Below are positions 53,626-62,522 of a stretch of 64,000 nucleotides of DNA, one piece after another. Each line of letters begins with the position of its first letter. Within the stretch, counting starts at the first letter, position 1. The DNA is taken from positions 2,914 through 66,913 of the forward strand of contig JAJYYH010000039.1 of NCBI GenBank assembly GCA_021801255.1, in the 5' to 3' direction. Source of the DNA: Pseudomonadota bacterium (lineage in GTDB: Bacteria; Pseudomonadota; Alphaproteobacteria; Acetobacterales; Acetobacteraceae). The position numbers and the translations under genes were made by a program. Under the pieces are notes generated by a model. That model did not search any database and was not told the origin of the DNA. It saw only the letters and a program-made list of their open reading frames with translations.

Positions 53626-55443
53626 ATGAAAATCCACTTTTTGCAAACCGCCGAGGTAACCTACAGACCGCTGCTGGAAGCGACATCACGGACTGTCGTA
53701 GAATATTGTAGCCGGCATCAATGCAGCTATGAGTCGTATTTCGGGATCATCCGCGGGTACCATCCCTGGCATGCAGCGTTCAATCGCATAGCGTTGTTGA
53801 AGCGGCTGGTGGACACAGGGTTCTCAGGATGGGTCTGCTATCTGGACGCGGACGCCTACGTCGTCGATCTGGATTTCGACCTAAAAACTTATCTCAGGGA
53901 TAAGGATAACGTTGCCCTCGTCATTGCCCCGGGGGGACCGACTGGTCACTGGTGGGACGTCAACTCTGGCGTCTTTCTCATCAACCTGGCCCATCCGGTC
54001 GGACAGGCAATCGTGTGTGAGTGGTCTCGCCTGTTTGATGAAATTGCGGACGAGCAATTACGCGCGGCGGCAGATTGGGTTACGGACGATCAGACTTTCC
54101 TTCACCAGTTATTACAAAACATTCCTGACGCTGAGCAATTTACTCTGGTTGACGCGGAACATCCCAGGCTTCTGAACTATGGTGATGGCACGTTCGTCAG
54201 ACAGGTTTTGCGGGTTGAAGGCAGCCCTGAAAAGAGAGCTGATTACTTAAGGATTGAAACTGATAAATTGCTTGGATTTACCCAAGGTTCAGTCAGCGAA
54301 CTGGAAAATTTTTCCGCTGCGCTCGACGAGTTTATCCGATCCGTGACGGCATTTGGCGAACACGCCAGCGAGGCCGATCACACTATCGTTGCCACAAGCC
54401 TGAATGAAATCCTCGCGCGCTACCTCGCGCGGAGCAACGCGCGTAGGGCGTTTTCCTTCGATTTCGCTGACTTAATAACGGATTTGCGGCTCAATCATGC
54501 CGAGCTATGCCTCATAACGATCGCCGATGGCGGGGTGCGAATTTCCTTGCACAAAGACTGGCGCGGGCTGTATTCGTTCGACGGAACAGTGCGCCGCTGT
54601 GCCGGCGTGGTGTTTCTTCTCGATCGCGTGTTGCGGCGCAATCCGATGATACGTGGCACCTTTCTCTGCGAGCTCGGCGATCGCGGCAATTTTCCGAGCG
54701 TGAATTTTTCCAACAATACGCCCGGCGGCTGCCTCATTCCCGATCCGGAATTTTTTGAATCGCGCGGCTACGAGGCAACGCGGCAACAATTCCGCGAGGA
54801 CTTCATTCCCTGGGAACAGCGCCTCGCGCAGGTCTTCTGGCGCGGCTCTAGCACCGGACACCGTCTGTTCGATCCGCCGGGCGAGGATGCGGCGGATGAT
54901 TTCGCCTGGCTGCAACGCCTCGCCCTCTGCGCTCGCGCCAGGAGCGCCGCGCGGCCCGACATGTTCGATGTCGGCCTCACCAGGATCGTGCAGATCGAGG
55001 AGCCGCACCTCGTCGCGCGGATCGAGCGCGCCGGGTTTTTGCGCCCCTATGTCCCCCGCGTCGAATTCATGCGTCACAAGGGGGTGATCGTGGCGAATGG
55101 TAATTGCAATGCCTGGGACGCCGCCTTCTGCGGCCTGCTCACCGGTTCCTGCGTCCTCCTGATCGGCTCGCCGCTGCGCTATCGGCAATGGTATTACGAC
55201 GCGCTCACGCCATGGGAGCATTACGTGCCGGTCGCGGCCGATCTTTCCGATCTCGAGGAAGCCGCCGCCTGGGTTCTCGCCCACGACGACCGCGCCCGCG
55301 CGATCGGCGCCGCCGGGCGGCACTTCGCGCTCGCCCAGTCCTTCGACGCCGCGATCGAGGAGGCCATCACCCGGCTCGCCGCCTGGATCCCACACAATCC
55401 CTTCGCGGGATTTGCCCCGCGCGGCGAGGAAAATTCATCTTAA
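53626..55443 (+). CDS. Two-domain glycosyltransferase: N-terminal GT-A-like nucleotide-sugar transferase + C-terminal CAP10/GT90-like domain
   Basis: AGGAGA RBS. N-terminal WVCYLDADAYVVD (DxD) ...WDVNSGVFLIN. C-terminal VFWRGSSTG...VANGNCNAWDAAFCGLLTGSCVL...WYYDALTPWEHYVPV resembles CAP10/KDELC-type transferases. GC is clearly lower than the flanks over about 53600-54800. Confidence 0.6.
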   Translation: MKIHFLQTAEVTYRPLLEATSRTVVEYCSRHQCSYESYFGIIRGYHPWHAAFNRIALLKRLVDTGFSGWVCYLDADAYVVDLDFDLKTYLRDKDNVALVIAPGGPTGHWWDVNSGVFLINLAHPVGQAIVCEWSRLFDEIADEQLRAAADWVTDDQTFLHQLLQNIPDAEQFTLVDAEHPRLLNYGDGTFVRQVLRVEGSPEKRADYLRIETDKLLGFTQGSVSELENFSAALDEFIRSVTAFGEHASEADHTIVATSLNEILARYLARSNARRAFSFDFADLITDLRLNHAELCLITIADGGVRISLHKDWRGLYSFDGTVRRCAGVVFLLDRVLRRNPMIRGTFLCELGDRGNFPSVNFSNNTPGGCLIPDPEFFESRGYEATRQQFREDFIPWEQRLAQVFWRGSSTGHRLFDPPGEDAADDFAWLQRLALCARARSAARPDMFDVGLTRIVQIEEPHLVARIERAGFLRPYVPRVEFMRHKGVIVANGNCNAWDAAFCGLLTGSCVLLIGSPLRYRQWYYDALTPWEHYVPVAADLSDLEEAAAWVLAHDDRARAIGAAGRHFALAQSFDAAIEEAITRLAAWIPHNPFAGFAPRGEENSS

Positions 55444-55560
55444 GGCCAGGGGTTTCACCCCTGGACCCCAGCAAAGGCGGAGCCTTTGCAATCCTTTCCG
55501 GGACGCGGGTCTGGGGAAGCTGGCCCCAGCGGATCCAGGGCGGAGCCCTGGCCTTATTTA
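55444..55560. repeat. REP-like intergenic hairpin repeat cluster, copy B (four hairpins)
   Basis: ccagggg-tttca-cccctgg; gcaaaggc-gga-gcctttgc; tctgggg-aagctgg-ccccag; ccagggc-gga-gccctgg-cctta. Confidence 0.75.
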
Positions 55561-55567
55561 CTGGACG

Positions 55568-56587
55568 TTATGCTGCGCGCTCCTGGCGCCGCGCCGCCCG
55601 GCGTGCAAGGGCGGAGATCGCGTTGCGGCAGAGGATTTCCGCTGGCGCGCCGGTCTGCTTGCAGGCCAGCTCGGTCTCGAACAGCGTGGCCAGCGCGCCG
55701 GCGAGCGCGGGCTCGGGCCAGAGACGGAGCGCCGCGCTGAAGGCGCCCTGGCGCCGGGCAAAAAGCGGCGGGCGAAGGTGCCGGATCGCCTCCGTCTCGG
55801 CAACCCCCTCGGCGATCGCCGCGCGCACCCGGTGCAGGCGCTGAAGATGCAGAATGGCGGCGCGTAAAATGCCGATCGCCGCCGCCCCTTCGGCCAGCGC
55901 CGTTTCCAACGCGCGCTCGGCCAGAGCGATGCGCCCGGCGGTCGCGGCGAACAGCGCGTCATCGAGCGACAAGCCGGCGAGATCGCCGGTGCAGGCCATG
56001 GCATCAGGCAGATCGACGGTGCCGCCGGGGCCGACATAGAGGGCGAGTTTTTCCAGCTCCTGCTCGCTCGCCAGCCGATCGGCGCCAAGCTGGGTGGTGA
56101 GCCACTCCAGCGCTTCGGCGCGGATCGTCACACGATGGGCGGCAAGGCTCGCGCGGATCGTCTCGCCGAGCGCGCGGCCTTCCTCGGGATAGCAGCCGAT
56201 CGCGGCGGCGCTCTTGGCGCGCTCGATCAGCGCGCGCAGGCGCGAGCGCGGCGGCAATTCGCCGGCTTCCAGCACCAGCAACCCCTCGCCGGGGCCGTCG
56301 AGCGCCGCCTGGACGGCCTGGGTGGCGCGGTCATCGGCATCGCGCACGCGCACCACGCGCCGCCCGCCGGTGAGCGCCAGGGACGCCATCTCCTCGGGGA
56401 TGCGCGCGAAGCCCTCGCGATCGAACTCAGCCAGACGAAACGGATCGTCGAGCGCACCCAGCACGGCGCGCGCCAGCATGGCACCACGCGCGCGGATGAG
56501 GCCGGCGTCGGAGCCATGCAACAGCACGGCGCGCCAGGGCGCGGGATTGCCGAGGGCGGCGGCGGCGGCGCGGGCGTCGAGCTTCAC
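55568..56587 (-). CDS. holA: DNA polymerase III subunit delta
   Basis: 339 aa, with LLHGSDAGLIR near the N-terminus. Conserved leuS-lptE-holA order; the start overlaps the lptE stop. Confidence 0.8.
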   Translation of the reverse strand: MKLDARAAAAALGNPAPWRAVLLHGSDAGLIRARGAMLARAVLGALDDPFRLAEFDREGFARIPEEMASLALTGGRRVVRVRDADDRATQAVQAALDGPGEGLLVLEAGELPPRSRLRALIERAKSAAAIGCYPEEGRALGETIRASLAAHRVTIRAEALEWLTTQLGADRLASEQELEKLALYVGPGGTVDLPDAMACTGDLAGLSLDDALFAATAGRIALAERALETALAEGAAAIGILRAAILHLQRLHRVRAAIAEGVAETEAIRHLRPPLFARRQGAFSAALRLWPEPALAGALATLFETELACKQTGAPAEILCRNAISALARRAARRQERAA

Positions 56588-57147
56588 GAAACGCCGTCGG
56601 GCTTGGCGGGGTGACGCTTGAAATAGCTGGCGAGCTGGAGGGTGATCTGATCGGCGATCTGGATGGCGATGCGCGCGTGGACCTTCTCGTCCTCCAGCGT
56701 GGCATCGAAAAATTGCTGGTCGATGAAGTTGAAGCCGTCGATGGCGCGGGCCTTGCCGGTGGTGAGCGTGGTATGGTGCGGATCCTGGCTACGCAGTGTC
56801 CAGTTGGCGGTGCCGATCACCCGTTGATAGGTGACCGAGGTGTCCGGCTGGATGCCGATGCCCTGCTCGCTGAAAGCGTAGATCACGTCGAGATCGTAGC
56901 GCCGTGCGACGCCGACGCCGCCCAGCTGGAAGCGCTCCTGCAGCGCCTCGCGCAATTCCTGTCCTGGGCGATCCGGGATCGCGCCGACCGTGATGGCGGC
57001 GAGATCGGCCATCTCCGGGTTGATGCCGCTGTCGGAGGCGGTCGCGTACATCGGCGAGAAGCCGCAGCCCTGCAAGATGGCCCCGCCGCCGAGCAGCAGG
57101 AACGCCCGGCGGGCGAGAAAGGGCGGCGAGATAAGCGCCTCACGCAT
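56584..57147 (-). CDS. lptE: LPS-assembly lipoprotein LptE
   Basis: Lipobox LLGGGAILQGC; size and position between leuS and holA. Confidence 0.75.
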   Translation of the reverse strand: MREALISPPFLARRAFLLLGGGAILQGCGFSPMYATASDSGINPEMADLAAITVGAIPDRPGQELREALQERFQLGGVGVARRYDLDVIYAFSEQGIGIQPDTSVTYQRVIGTANWTLRSQDPHHTTLTTGKARAIDGFNFIDQQFFDATLEDEKVHARIAIQIADQITLQLASYFKRHPAKPDGVS

Positions 57148-57150
57148 CGG

Positions 57151-59772
57151 TCACCTCGCGATGACGAAGTTGATGATCCGGTCGGGGACGAAAATCTGCT
57201 TCACGACGCGCGCCCCGGCAAGAGCTTTCGCGATGTTGGGCTCGGCCCGCGCTGCCGCCGCCACCGCGTCCTCGCGGCTGCCCGGCGGCAGCGTGACGGT
57301 GCCGCGGAGCTTGCCTAGAACCTGCACCGCGATCGTCACCTGCTCACGCGCGAGCAGCGCCGGCTCGGCCACCGGCCAGGGCTGTTCGGCGATCAGGGCT
57401 GCCGCCTCGGGAGCCAGCTTTTCGTGCAGGGTCTCGGCGAGATGCGGCATCATCGGCGCGATCAGGCGGCAGAGCAGGAACGCCGCCTCGCGCCGCGCCC
57501 AGGCGAGATCGTCGCCGCCCGCCATGCCGGCTGCAGTCTCAGCCTCGGCGAGGGCGTTGGCGAGTTCGTGCACACGGGCGACCGCCACGTTAAAGGCGAA
57601 ATTTTCCAGAGCCTCGGTCACCGCCGCAACCGCCCGATGGCTCGCCTGGCGAAGCGCCCGGGCGGATGCGGAGAAAGCACCCGGCATCGGCGCATCCGCC
57701 GTGCCCGCGGCGATGGCCTCGACCAGGCGATCAAGCCGCTGGATGAAGCGCCACGCGCCCTGCACGCCGGCCTCGGTCCACTCCATGTCACGCTCGGGCG
57801 GGTTGTCCGAAAGGATGAACCAGCGCGCGGTATCGGCACCAAAGCGGGCGATGATGGCGCCAGGATCGACGGTGTTGCGCCGCGATTTCGACATCGCCTC
57901 GATCCGCCCGACGATCACCGCCTCGCCAGTCTCGCGGTGGCGCGCGCCACCCTCGGGCAGCTTCTCGACCTCGCTCGGATAGAGCCAGGCGCCGGCGGCG
58001 GATTTATAGCTCTCATGCGTCACCATGCCCTGGGTGAACAGCCCGGCGAAGGGTTCGGCGATGCCGAGATGGCCGGTTGCGCGCATGGCGCGGGTGAAGA
58101 AGCGGGCATAGAGCAGGTGCAAAATCGCGTGCTCGATGCCGCCGATATACTGATCGACCGGCAGCCAGTGATCGGCGGCGGCGCGATCGACCGGGCGCGC
58201 CGCGCCGGGGCTACAGAAGCGGGCAAAATACCAGGAGCTATCGACGAAAGTATCGAACGTGTCGGTCTCGCGCCGCGCCGGCCGCCCGCAGGTGGGACAG
58301 ACGACGTGCTTCCAGGTGGGATGATGATCAAGCGGGTTGCCGGGTTTTTCGAAACTCACGTCCTCGGGCAGTTTGACCGGCAGATCGGCTTCGGGCACCG
58401 GCACCACGCCGCAGGCTTGGCAATGGATGATCGGGATCGGGCAGCCCCAATAGCGCTGGCGGCTCACCCCCCAGTCGCGCAGCCGCCAGTTCACCACGCC
58501 CTCGCCGCGACCGCGGCGGGCCAGTTCGGCGATCGCCGCGTCTTTCGCCGCGGCCTCCGAAAGACCATCGAGGAAGCCCGAATTGATCACCACGCCCGGC
58601 CCGTCATAGGCCTGATCGGCGATCACGAAATCCGCCTTCTCCGCCCCCGGCGGCAGCACAACTGGCGTTACCGGCAGGCCGTATTTCCGCGCGAAATCGA
58701 GATCGCGCTGATCATGCGCGGGGCAGCCGAAAATTGCCCCGGTGCCGTAGTCCATCAGCACGAAATTGGCGATCCAGACGGGAAAAGTCGCGTCCTCGCG
58801 GAACGGATGGCGCACCCTGAGGCCGGTATCGAAGCCCTGCTTCGGGGCGGTCTCGATCAGCGCCTCGCTGGTGCCCATGCGCCGGCATTCGGCGATGAAG
58901 GCCGCCGCCTTGGGGTCACGCGCACTGAGTGCCGCGGCCAGCGGATGCTCGGGCGCCAGTGCCAGGAACGACATGCCGAAAAGCGTATCGGGCCGCGTCG
59001 TATAGACCTCGAGATCGGCGATCTCGCCCACTGCCTCGGCGAGCGCGAAACGCACCCGCGCGCCCTCGCTGCGGCCGATCCATTTTTCCTGCATCAGGCG
59101 CACGCGCTCCGGCCAGCGCGGGAGTTGGCCGAGCGCCTCGAGCAGATCGGGGGCGAAGCGGGTGATTTTGAAGGACCATTGGGCGAGCCGCTTCTTCTCG
59201 ACCAGCGCGCCCGAGCGCCAGCCGCGCCCGTCGATCACCTGCTCGTTGGCAAGCACGGTGCCATCGACCGGATCCCAGTTGACCCAGGCCTCGCGCCGCT
59301 CGACGAGGCCGGCGCGGAGGAAATCGAGGAATAATTTCTGCTGATGGCCGTAATAGGCGGGATCGCAGGTGGCAAACTCGCGCTCCCATTCGATCGAGAG
59401 GCCCATGCGCTGCAATTCGCCGCGCATGGTGGCGATGTTGTCCCAGGTCCAGCGTGCGGGGTGGATGCCGCGCTCGCGCGCCGCGTTCTCCGCCGGCAGA
59501 CCGAAGGCGTCCCAGCCCATCGGATGCAGCACCGCGAAGCCGCGCGCCCGCTTGTAGCGCGCCACCACGTCGCCCAGCGTATAGTTGCGGACATGGCCCA
59601 TATGGATGCGCCCCGAGGGGTAGGGGAACATCTCCAGCACGTAGTATTTTGGCTGACCGCCGGCCGGCGCGTCGGCGACGCGGAAGCAGCCGCGCGCCGC
59701 CCATTCCTGCTGCCATCTCGGCTCGGCGGTGGCGAAATCATAGCGCGTCGGGAGGGCGGCAGGTTGGGCCAA
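57151..59772 (-). CDS. leuS: Leucine--tRNA ligase
   Basis: HIGH-type motif [16 protein letters not shown] motif (EAMSKSRRN), CP1 editing-region motifs. 873 aa. Confidence 0.97.
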   Translation of the reverse strand: MAQPAALPTRYDFATAEPRWQQEWAARGCFRVADAPAGGQPKYYVLEMFPYPSGRIHMGHVRNYTLGDVVARYKRARGFAVLHPMGWDAFGLPAENAARERGIHPARWTWDNIATMRGELQRMGLSIEWEREFATCDPAYYGHQQKLFLDFLRAGLVERREAWVNWDPVDGTVLANEQVIDGRGWRSGALVEKKRLAQWSFKITRFAPDLLEALGQLPRWPERVRLMQEKWIGRSEGARVRFALAEAVGEIADLEVYTTRPDTLFGMSFLALAPEHPLAAALSARDPKAAAFIAECRRMGTSEALIETAPKQGFDTGLRVRHPFREDATFPVWIANFVLMDYGTGAIFGCPAHDQRDLDFARKYGLPVTPVVLPPGAEKADFVIADQAYDGPGVVINSGFLDGLSEAAAKDAAIAELARRGRGEGVVNWRLRDWGVSRQRYWGCPIPIIHCQACGVVPVPEADLPVKLPEDVSFEKPGNPLDHHPTWKHVVCPTCGRPARRETDTFDTFVDSSWYFARFCSPGAARPVDRAAADHWLPVDQYIGGIEHAILHLLYARFFTRAMRATGHLGIAEPFAGLFTQGMVTHESYKSAAGAWLYPSEVEKLPEGGARHRETGEAVIVGRIEAMSKSRRNTVDPGAIIARFGADTARWFILSDNPPERDMEWTEAGVQGAWRFIQRLDRLVEAIAAGTADAPMPGAFSASARALRQASHRAVAAVTEALENFAFNVAVARVHELANALAEAETAAGMAGGDDLAWARREAAFLLCRLIAPMMPHLAETLHEKLAPEAAALIAEQPWPVAEPALLAREQVTIAVQVLGKLRGTVTLPPGSREDAVAAAARAEPNIAKALAGARVVKQIFVPDRIINFVIAR

Positions 59773-59974
59773 GGCGCGGCTCGCTTTCTTGCTATCCGAT
59801 AGGGGTTTGAGAGGCCATTATTCGTCACAACCCTGGCGCCGGCAACCACGGCCCCGCGCCGGTCTCGCCCGAGACATGCGAAATGCGCGCCCATGCTTGC
59901 TTGCCCGGCGGCGGTGCCGCTATCATATATCGCATTGCAGCAAGCCGCACTGTCTTCGAGCGAAGGATCGCGCC

Positions 59975-60427
59975 GTGCCGGAACACCCCCTGCCGCGCCA
60001 CTGGCAACCCGATCGCATCGAAAAGCGCCCACGCTGGCCGACGCCAGCCCTTGCCGCGAGCCTCGGCCGTGGCCTACGCGGGCACTGCCCGTCTTGTGGG
60101 AAAGGCCATATTTTCAATGGCTACCTCCGCGTCGTCCGAAAATGCCGGAGTTGCAGCGCCCCGCTCGGCGTGGTGCGCGCCGATGATGTGCCGCCCTATT
60201 TCACCATCGTCCTGGTCGGGCATCTGGTGATCCCCGGCATGCTGATCACCGAGCAGAACCTGGCCCCGCCGATCTGGCTGCAGATGGTGGTCTGGGTGCC
60301 GCTCACGCTGTTTCTCACCCTGGCGCTGCTGCGCCCCGTGAAGGGTGCGACCGTCGGGCTGATGCTCCATCTCGGCCTGATGAAGGATGAGGAAAGCGAT
60401 CCCAGCGCCCCGCATGACTTCGGTTGA
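59975..60427 (+). CDS. DUF983-domain membrane protein
   Basis: GTG 59975 with an AAGGA RBS. CPSCGKGHIF...CRSC zinc ribbon, then DDVPPYFTIVLVGHLV and TM segments. Confidence 0.7.
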   Translation: MPEHPLPRHWQPDRIEKRPRWPTPALAASLGRGLRGHCPSCGKGHIFNGYLRVVRKCRSCSAPLGVVRADDVPPYFTIVLVGHLVIPGMLITEQNLAPPIWLQMVVWVPLTLFLTLALLRPVKGATVGLMLHLGLMKDEESDPSAPHDFG

Positions 60428-60893
60428 ACACGACCGGCTGGAGCGCGTCGTCCTCGACGGCGCGGCGCTGACCCGGCTCTCGCCGTTGCTCGAAGCCGAC
60501 CGCGCCCAGGCGGTGGCCGATCTCCAGGCGGAAAACCTGTTTTCCCTGCCCGGCCGCGACGACGGGCCCTATGCGCTGCATCTTTCGATCCAGGAAGGCC
60601 GGCTCTCCTTCGATATCCGCCGCGCCGACGATCGCCCCCTGGCGCTCCATGTCCTGGCCCTCGGCCCGTTTCGCGCGCTCATCAAGGACTATCACCTGCT
60701 GGTCGAAAGCTATCACACCGCCGTTGCGGAGGGGCGCGAGGCGCGCATCCAGGCGATCGACATGGGCCGGCGCGGGCTGCACAACGAGGGCGCCAACCTG
60801 ATGCAGGAGCGGCTCGCCGGCAAGGTGGCGATCGATTTTCCGACCGCGCGGCGACTTTTCACCCTGGTCTGCGTGCTGCATCAGCGGATATAG
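60414..60893 (+). CDS. UPF0262-family protein
   Basis: AVADLQAENLFSL...GPYALHLSIQEGRLSFDIR...IKDYHLLVESY...IQAIDMGRRGLHNEGA is the UPF0262 pattern. Confidence 0.75.
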   Translation: MTSVEHDRLERVVLDGAALTRLSPLLEADRAQAVADLQAENLFSLPGRDDGPYALHLSIQEGRLSFDIRRADDRPLALHVLALGPFRALIKDYHLLVESYHTAVAEGREARIQAIDMGRRGLHNEGANLMQERLAGKVAIDFPTARRLFTLVCVLHQRI

Positions 60894-60905
60894 GATCGCC
60901 GCGTC

Positions 60906-61991
60906 ATGAACATCGACGGCACCCCCTATCGCACCATCTGGCTCGATGACGATGGCTGGTCGCTGCGCATCATCGATCAGACCAAGCTGCCCTGGGGTTT
61001 CGAGATCCTGCGCCTGACCACGCTCGACCAGACGGCGCACGCCATCCGCACCATGCTGGTGCGCGGCGCGCCGCTGATCGGCGCCACCGCCGCCTACGGC
61101 CTCTGCCTCGGCTTGCGCGCCGATGCCTCCGATGCGGCGCTGGAGCGCGCTGCCGCCCTGCTGCTGGCAACGCGCCCGACCGCGGTCAATCTGCGCTGGG
61201 CGCTCGCGCGCATGCTGGCGCGCCTCCGCGACCTTCCCATTCGCGCCCGCCCCGCCGCCGCCTATGCCGAGGCCGCCGCCATCGCCGAGGAGGATGTGGC
61301 GCAGAACGCCGCCATCGGGCGCTTCGGGGTGGAACTCATCGCGCATGCCGCGAGCGGCGGGCGAGCGGTCAATATCCTTACCCATTGCAATGCCGGCTGG
61401 CTTGCCACCGTTGATTGGGGCACCGCCTTGGCGCCGATCTATCAGGCGCATGACCAGGGCATCGCGGTGCATGTCTTCGTCGATGAAACCCGCCCGCGCA
61501 ACCAGGGCGCCTCGCTCACCGCCTGGGAACTCGGCAAGCATGGGGTCGCGCACACGCTGATCACCGACAATGCCGGCGGCCATCTGATGCAGCGCGGCCG
61601 CGTCGATCTGGTCATTGTCGGCGCCGACCGGGTCACCCGCCAGGGCGATGTCGCGAACAAGATCGGCACCTACCTTAAGGCGCTGGCGGCGCGGGATACC
61701 GATGTGCCATTCTGGGTCGCGGTTCCCTCCAGCAGCATCGACTGGACGATCGATGACGGCGTCAGCGAAATCCCGATCGAGGAGCGGGCGGCGAGCGAGG
61801 TGACGATGGTCACCGGCCGGGCGCTCGATGGCAGCATCGCGACCATCCGCATCAGCCCGAAGGAAAGCCCCGCCGCCAACCCGGCCTTCGATGTGACGCC
61901 GGCGCGGCTGGTGAGCGGCCTGATCACCGAGCGCGGCCGCTGCGCGGCGAGCGCCGGTGGCCTGCTCTCGCTGTTCCCCGAGCAGCGTTGA
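60906..61991 (+). CDS. mtnA: S-methyl-5-thioribose-1-phosphate isomerase
   Basis: [57 protein letters not shown]. Confidence 0.9.
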   Translation: MNIDGTPYRTIWLDDDGWSLRIIDQTKLPWGFEILRLTTLDQTAHAIRTMLVRGAPLIGATAAYGLCLGLRADASDAALERAAALLLATRPTAVNLRWALARMLARLRDLPIRARPAAAYAEAAAIAEEDVAQNAAIGRFGVELIAHAASGGRAVNILTHCNAGWLATVDWGTALAPIYQAHDQGIAVHVFVDETRPRNQGASLTAWELGKHGVAHTLITDNAGGHLMQRGRVDLVIVGADRVTRQGDVANKIGTYLKALAARDTDVPFWVAVPSSSIDWTIDDGVSEIPIEERAASEVTMVTGRALDGSIATIRISPKESPAANPAFDVTPARLVSGLITERGRCAASAGGLLSLFPEQR

Positions 61992-62008
61992 ATTTTTTCC
62001 CGTAGCAA

Positions 62009-62056
62009 GGTCCAGGGGCTCGGCCCCTGGTCGGGTCTGGGGCAAAGCCCCAGGTT
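62009..62056. repeat. REP-like intergenic hairpin repeat, copy C
   Basis: ccagggg-ctcgg-cccctgg, then gggtctgggg-caaag-ccccag. Confidence 0.7.
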
Positions 62057-62120
62057 TTAAGCTGTCTGGGTCTGAATTTCTGCTATTGCAGCAAGCGGAC
62101 AGGGAACGTGGGGGTAAATC

Positions 62121-62513
62121 ATGGGCAAAAAATCGGGCGAAGGTCAGAGCGGCGGGGTCAACATCGTGGGGACGGTCGGCTCCGTCGGTGGTGACATCGT
62201 CGGCGGTCATAAGATCGTCGGCCGTTTGCCCGCGGGCGCGCTTGATGACGCTCTGCGTCCGCTGATCGAGGCGATCGGGGCCGCGTCCGCCGAGGCGCGG
62301 GCCGCGGCCGAAACAAGTCTGGCGACGCTGAGGACGGAGGCGGCCCAGGGCAGCGGCGCCAGGGACGGTGTGATCGCCCGATCGCTGGACGCGATCGTGG
62401 GGCTGGTGCCGGGGGCGGCGAGCGCGGTGGTGAGCGCCTTCGCCAAGCCGATCCTTGCGAATATCGCCGGCCCGGTGACGAGCTTCGTGCTTGACAGGCT
62501 GCGGGGCGGATAA
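62121..62513 (+). CDS. Small hypothetical protein with N-terminal Gly-rich GDIVGG-x-KI motif
   Basis: MGKKSGEGQSGGVNIVGTVGSVGGDIVGGHKIVG..., followed by an Ala-rich helical part. 130 aa. The next gene starts 9 nt downstream. Confidence 0.55.
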   Translation: MGKKSGEGQSGGVNIVGTVGSVGGDIVGGHKIVGRLPAGALDDALRPLIEAIGAASAEARAAAETSLATLRTEAAQGSGARDGVIARSLDAIVGLVPGAASAVVSAFAKPILANIAGPVTSFVLDRLRGG

Positions 62514-62522
62514 GCGCCCGCG

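Noticed and set aside
57424-59334. 636-aa plus-strand ORF
   Set aside because: It is antisense to leuS, which carries HIGH and KMSKS motifs.
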